Assembly (NCBI RefSeq): GCF_006345805.1
Contig: NW_021826687.1
Location: 1-12,068, forward strand
DNA from: Octopus sinensis
Lineage: Eukaryota
Direction of reading: 5' to 3'
DNA: 12,068 bases
The notes below the pieces were generated by a model. It did no database searches, was not told where the DNA came from, and saw nothing but the letters and a program-made list of their open reading frames with translations. This document shows positions 8,220 through 12,068 of the stretch, piece after piece; within the stretch, counting starts at the first letter, position 1, and each line of letters begins with the position of its first letter. Made by a program: the position numbers and the translations under genes.

Positions 8220-8422
8220 AGCGGCGAGCTGGCAGAATCGTTAGCACACCGGGTGAAATGCTTAGCGGTATTTCGTCCGTCTTTACGTTCTGGATTCAAA
8301 TTCCGCCAGGATCGACCTTGCCTTTCATCCCTTCGGGGTCGATAAATTAACTATCAGTGGAACAATGGACTCGTCTAGTCCTCTACCACTAAATTTCAGG
8401 CGTTGTGCCTTTAGTAGAAAGA
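8220..8422 (+). mobile_element. tRNA-derived SINE family E, full length, different 3' variant
   Basis: Same head and centre (CCTTTCATCCCTTCGGGGTCGATAAATTAA), a divergent 3' segment, and an (ATT)n tail. Confidence 0.88.
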
Positions 8423-8469
8423 ATTATTATTATTATTTTATTATCTCTTTTTCCCCTTCTTTTTCTTTT

Positions 8470-8619
8470 GCAGAATCTTTTCGCATCGGAGTAAATACTT
8501 AGCGGAATTTCAGATGGCGCGAGGATCGACTTTGCTTTTCATCCGTTTGTAATCGATGAAATAAGCATCAGTTGAGCACAGTTATTGAAATTGCTGGCCT
8601 TGTGCCAAAATTTGAAACC
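8470..8619 (+). mobile_element. Older, decayed SINE family E copy
   Basis: GCAGAATC..AAATACTTAGCGGAATTTC..CGAGGATCGACTTTGCTTTTCATCC..CTGGCCTTGTGCCAAAATTTGAAACC, followed by (ATT)n. Confidence 0.7.
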
Positions 8620-8665
8620 ATTATTATTATTATTATTAATATTATTTTTAATATTATTATAATTA

Positions 8666-8761
<96 letters not shown>

Positions 8762-8880
8762 GAAACACTCTCGGGTAGTTCTTAATCACCAAAGGTTTCG
8801 AGTAGTGCCTTCTCCTGTGACTCAAAGATACAATACCCTCCTTATAATGCGAGCTGTACCCAACAATGCCGTTTTCTGGA

Positions 8881-8881
<1 letters not shown>
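8762..8881 (-). mobile_element. 3' end of an R4/Dong-type (RLE) non-LTR retrotransposon, heavily 5'-truncated
   Basis: Minus strand 8881-8822 encodes IQKTALLGTARIIRRVLYL*, matching the QK..LLGTARI.R.VL C-terminal motif I recall for R4/Dong/Rex6 elements. A 60-nt 3' UTR and a (TAA)n tail follow. TAA repeats flank both sides. Confidence 0.75.
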
Positions 8882-8921
<40 letters not shown>

Positions 8922-8946
8922 TATTATTATTATTATTATTATTATT

Positions 8947-9233
8947 GAGTGAGAGAGCAGTTAATGCCATCAACGTGACACTGGGGTAAAATATACGAAG
9001 CCCAATATACCCATCATGACTACCCGTCTGATAAGGGTACACCAGGCACATGCATCACAACACCTATGGTCGCGACATGGTGATCTTATATCTAGATAAA
9101 CAGCACATGACCTTGCAGGTGGGGCCCAGTTAGAATTTTCTTCAGGTTGAGTAGCCCATCCCGCTCAAAAGGTCCCTGAATAAGGATTGTTTAAGGATGT
9201 TGAAAGAGCCACAGGGTTGTTTAAGGATGTTGA
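8947..9233 (-). mobile_element. Truncated copy of an unclassified (AAT)n-tailed repeat (family F)
   Basis: About 92% identical by manual count over ~255 bp to 9612-9868. It has a 30-bp-period direct duplication (TTGTTTAAGGATGTTGA at 9187-9203 and 9217-9233) at the truncated end. Confidence 0.75.
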
Positions 9234-9271
9234 TTTATTATTATTATATTTTATTATTATTATTATTATTA

Positions 9272-9338
<67 letters not shown>

Positions 9339-9573
9339 GTTATTATTATTATATTTATTTTTATTTTTATTATTATTATTAATATCATTACTATTTTTAT
9401 TATTATTATTATTATTATTACTATTATTATTATTATTACTACTTTTTTTATTATTATTATTATTATTACTGTTTTTATTATTACTATTATTATTATTATT
9501 ATTATTATTACTTTTTTATTATTATCATCATTATTATTATTATTATTATTATTGTTTTTTATTATTATTATTA

Positions 9574-9611
<38 letters not shown>

Positions 9612-10168
9612 GAGTGAGAGAGCAGTGCAAGCCATCAAAGTGACACTGGGGTAAAATATACGAAGCCCAGCATACCCATCATGACTACCCGTCTGATAAG
9701 GGTACACCGGGCACATGCATCACAACCATATGAGCGCGACATGGTGATCTCATATCAAGATAAACAGCACATGGCCTTGCAGGTGGGGCCCAGTTAGAAT
9801 TTTCTTCAGGTCGAGTAGCCCATTCTGCTCAAAAGGTCCCTGAATAAGGGTTGCTTTAGGATGTTGAACGAAACACCTATGTTTCCAGGGGTGAATTATT
9901 CAAACTCCAAAGAATCCCTCTCAACACATGGCTATGATGCTCCTCCACTACTTCTGCTCGTGATCAGAGATGCACGTATTGTCAGCCACTAAGGGACATG
10001 CTCAACTGGTTATGGTCAAACAACTGAGAAGCAAATCTGTGGTATTGAGCAGAGTATTTGCTGTAGCCCATCTTTTATACCAAGACAAAACAATGTACAT
10101 GATGACACTTCCAATCAGTTAAGATCAGAAGCCATGAGAGCCACTGCCTGGTACTGCATCAGGGCATT
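9612..10168 (-). mobile_element. ~560-bp unclassified non-coding repeat (family F) flanked by (ATT)n on both sides
   Basis: Second, longer copy in the window. No ORF and no pol III boxes are seen. Orientation is inferred from which end the truncated copy retains. Confidence 0.65.
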
Positions 10169-10208
10169 TATTATTATTATTATTATTAATATATTATTAT
10201 TATTATTA

Positions 10209-10257
<49 letters not shown>

Positions 10258-10311
10258 GTTGTTATTAATATTATTACTATTTTTATTATTATTATTATTA
10301 CTATTTTTATA

Positions 10312-10355
<44 letters not shown>

Positions 10356-10521
10356 TTTTATAATTATTATTATTATTATTATTATTACTATTTTTATTAT
10401 TTTATTATTATTATTATTATTTTTATTATTACTATTTTTATTATTATTATTATTATCATTACTATTTTTATAATTATTATTATTATTATTACTATTTTTA
10501 TTATTATTATTATTATTATTA

Positions 10522-10623
10522 TAAACACACACAATAAACACACACAACGCCCGGTCTGGGAATCGGAACCGCGATCCTCCGACCGCGAGTCCGCTGCCCT
10601 AACCACTGGGCCATTGCACCTCC
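10522..10623 (-). mobile_element. tRNA-like head of a SINE, truncated by the ATT tract
   Basis: Minus strand GGAGGTGCAATGGCCCAGTGGTTAGGGCAGCGGACTCGCGG...GGTTCCGATTCCCAGACCGGGCGTTGTGTG. It has A box TGGCCCAGTGG and a B-box-like GGTTCCGATTCC. The downstream segment resembles family A (GGACCGGGCGACGC). Confidence 0.8.
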
Positions 10624-10948
10624 ACTGTTGCTGCTGCTTTTGTTCTTGCTATTGTTGTTTTTGTTTCTGTTTTTCTTTAAATCGTGTTGCAAGGACAGTG
10701 ATATTCCTGTATAAGAATATATCCCTGTGTGGGATATGATTCGACGTAGATTTCTTGCAAATAGCGGAGCAGTTAGAGTTACCCCATCCTTGCCTAGTTT
10801 TTGCGGTTCTTTAGCTCTTCACGATAGCAATAATCTAGCAAAGCTGGGATCAAACATACTCTCCCAGTGACCGCCACAACTTTATCTTGGCAAATTGTCA
10901 ATAAGACAATATTGTTGTTATTTAATTTTAGGAGAACAGCACTGATGT

Positions 10949-11218
10949 AAAGTATTAATAAAAACGGTAAAGGTTGCTTTCTCGAGTCATACCAACACAT
11001 AAGGGTCGGTTTCCCGGTTCCCATGGCATATATATTTCCCCACCTGGACGGGACGCTAGTTCGTTGAAGGATTACTCATTTGTGCCAGCTGAGTGGACAG
11101 GTGCAACGTGAAATGAAGTGTTTTCCTCAAGAGCACAATGCGTCGCCCGGTCCAGTTATTGAAACTGCAATCTTACGATCATGAGTCCAACACCTTAACC
11201 GCTAAGCCACGCGCTTCC
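10949..11218 (-). mobile_element. tRNA-derived SINE family A, full length with TSD
   Basis: Minus strand GGAAGCGCGTGGCTTAGCGG (intact A box), homologous to 437-685. Flanking direct repeat GAACAGCACTGATGT (10934-10948) / GCAGAGCACTGATGT (11219-11233) is 13/15 identical. Confidence 0.87.
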
Positions 11219-11390
11219 GCAGAGCACTGATGTGGCAGACCTGCGATCATATGCAATCCACTTGTGACAACCACAGCTTTATCCCAGCACATTGCATGAT
11301 TCAATATTTTCCGCCATATTTTAAAAGATAGCGTTAATTATAAGTTAATAAAGATATATCAGGTTGTAAGATAAACTCATTTATTCTATA

Positions 11391-11787
11391 CTAGCAGTAT
11401 CGCTCGGCGTTGCTCGGGTTTGTAAGGGAAATAACTATATAAGCATTTTTAGAGATGTAAAGTATAATAGCCATCTCAATATGGCTAACCACAAAGGGGG
11501 GGTGTTACTGTAGCTTTTTAAGTTCTGAGATTTAATAATAAATTTTTAAAGAGTTACTTCCCTTATATATGCCAAAAATGCATTATAAATGGGAAAAATA
11601 TGATGGTAAATTCTTTTTAAAATCGTAGACTCATCGTAGACGCGCGCTAATACCCAGAAGGGCTCGATATGAATCACGACTATAAGATTCCCGGTTTTGG
11701 TTAAACTGCACCGCAAAATGTGGGAGTAGTTAGGAATATAAATCGTAGGAGACAGACAGCACACAACCTCTCTTTTATATATAAAGA
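11391..11787 (-). mobile_element. Non-autonomous Helitron (Lep1/HINE-like), 397 bp
   Basis: The minus strand begins A|TC (TCTTTATATATAAAAG) and ends CTAG|T. An imperfect GC-rich hairpin CCCGAGCAACGCCGAG (11403-11418) lies 8 nt before CTAG. There is a CTGT microsatellite seed near the 5' end and no TSD. Confidence 0.82.
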
Positions 11788-11841
11788 TTTCCATTTATGA
11801 TAATCCATATTTTTCATCAACGATTTTTATATATCATTCAA

Positions 11842-12068
11842 TTATATTTTTTTTTCTTTGTTCACGCCTTCTTGCCAACGTTCCACTAGTTTGTCAATGG
11901 CTTGACGATAGAAATTACCAGATCTTGATCCCAAGAAATCATCGAATCCTAAACTAACATTTTCAGCTCCATGTCGTTGTTGAACGAAACGTCTTGCAGA
12001 CTCCTGAAGAACGACTAACAAATGTTATAATCTGAAGGAGCATCAGAACCGTTCTCTTGGATAGCATT
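11842..12068 (-). pseudogene. Mariner transposase C-terminal fragment (disrupted)
   Basis: NAIQENG-SD-APSDY (remnant of YSPDLAPSDY with a deletion), then ...FRSLQDVSFNNDMELK. After a frameshift it reads DDFLGSRSGNFYRQAIDKLVERWQEGVNKEKKI*. In-frame stops are present. Confidence 0.85.

Larger units (their letters stand above)
7319..10521. repeat. (ATT)n microsatellite scaffold interrupted by retroposons; includes (ACT)n at 8667-8727
   Basis: ATT tracts lie at ~7319-7390, 7572-7808, 8028-8218, 8423-8443, 8620-8760, 8882-8946, 9235-9611 and 10169-10521. Confidence 0.95.
11359..12068 (-). mobile_element. Mariner (Tc1/mariner) relic: 3' part with candidate TIR, interrupted by a Helitron
   Basis: Transposase C-terminus at 11842-12068. 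TA|TCAGGTTGTAAGATAAAC at 11357-11376 resembles mariner TIR starts (e.g. ACAGGTTGG/TTAGGTTGG). Confidence 0.65.

Noticed and set aside
7319-8620. Repeat-spacer alternation superficially like a CRISPR array
   Set aside because: The repeats are ~200-bp pol III SINEs and the spacers are microsatellites. The context is eukaryotic and there are no cas genes.
7176-10606. Poly-I/L/Y/N ORFs up to 219 aa
   Set aside because: They are translations of (ATT)n tracts and SINEs, open only because some ATT frames lack stops.
10548-10623. Possible tRNA gene
   Set aside because: The D stem pairs (GCCC/GGGC), but the anticodon, T and acceptor stems do not. It continues into SINE body sequence.
437-11218. Inverted pair of family A SINEs as a composite element or long-range dsRNA
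   Set aside because: They are ~10 kb apart and diverged, and the second has its own TSD. Independent insertions explain them.
11546-11794. 82-aa minus-strand ORF in the Helitron
   Set aside because: No Rep/helicase motifs; a chance ORF crossing the element boundary.

Overview
AT-rich, non-coding eukaryotic DNA dominated by microsatellites and transposon relics. The repeat families look like octopus/cephalopod repeats, but that is recognition from memory, not a database result. No complete protein-coding gene is supported, and most ORFs in the track are translations of (TA)n/(TG)n/(ATT)n. The window holds about ten tRNA-derived SINE copies or fragments from several families and a decayed CR1-group LINE 3' end (4365-4823, +). 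A 3.3-kb (ATT)n scaffold (7209-10623) is packed with retroposons, including the C-terminus of an R4/Dong-type RLE retrotransposon (IQKTALLGTARIIRRVL). A non-autonomous Helitron (11391-11787, -) is nested in a mariner relic (11359 to window end, -). The most striking item is a ~310-bp palindrome (5687-5996) whose two arms each carry a complete minimal type I hammerhead ribozyme motif (CUGAUGA...GAAAC-GAUC-GUH), arranged back-to-back. This is most simply an inverted Penelope-like pseudo-LTR pair. A second fold-back lies 55 bp downstream. Weaker signals are a CpG-rich NRF1/YY1-like promoter candidate (3502-3632) and two candidate small exons.
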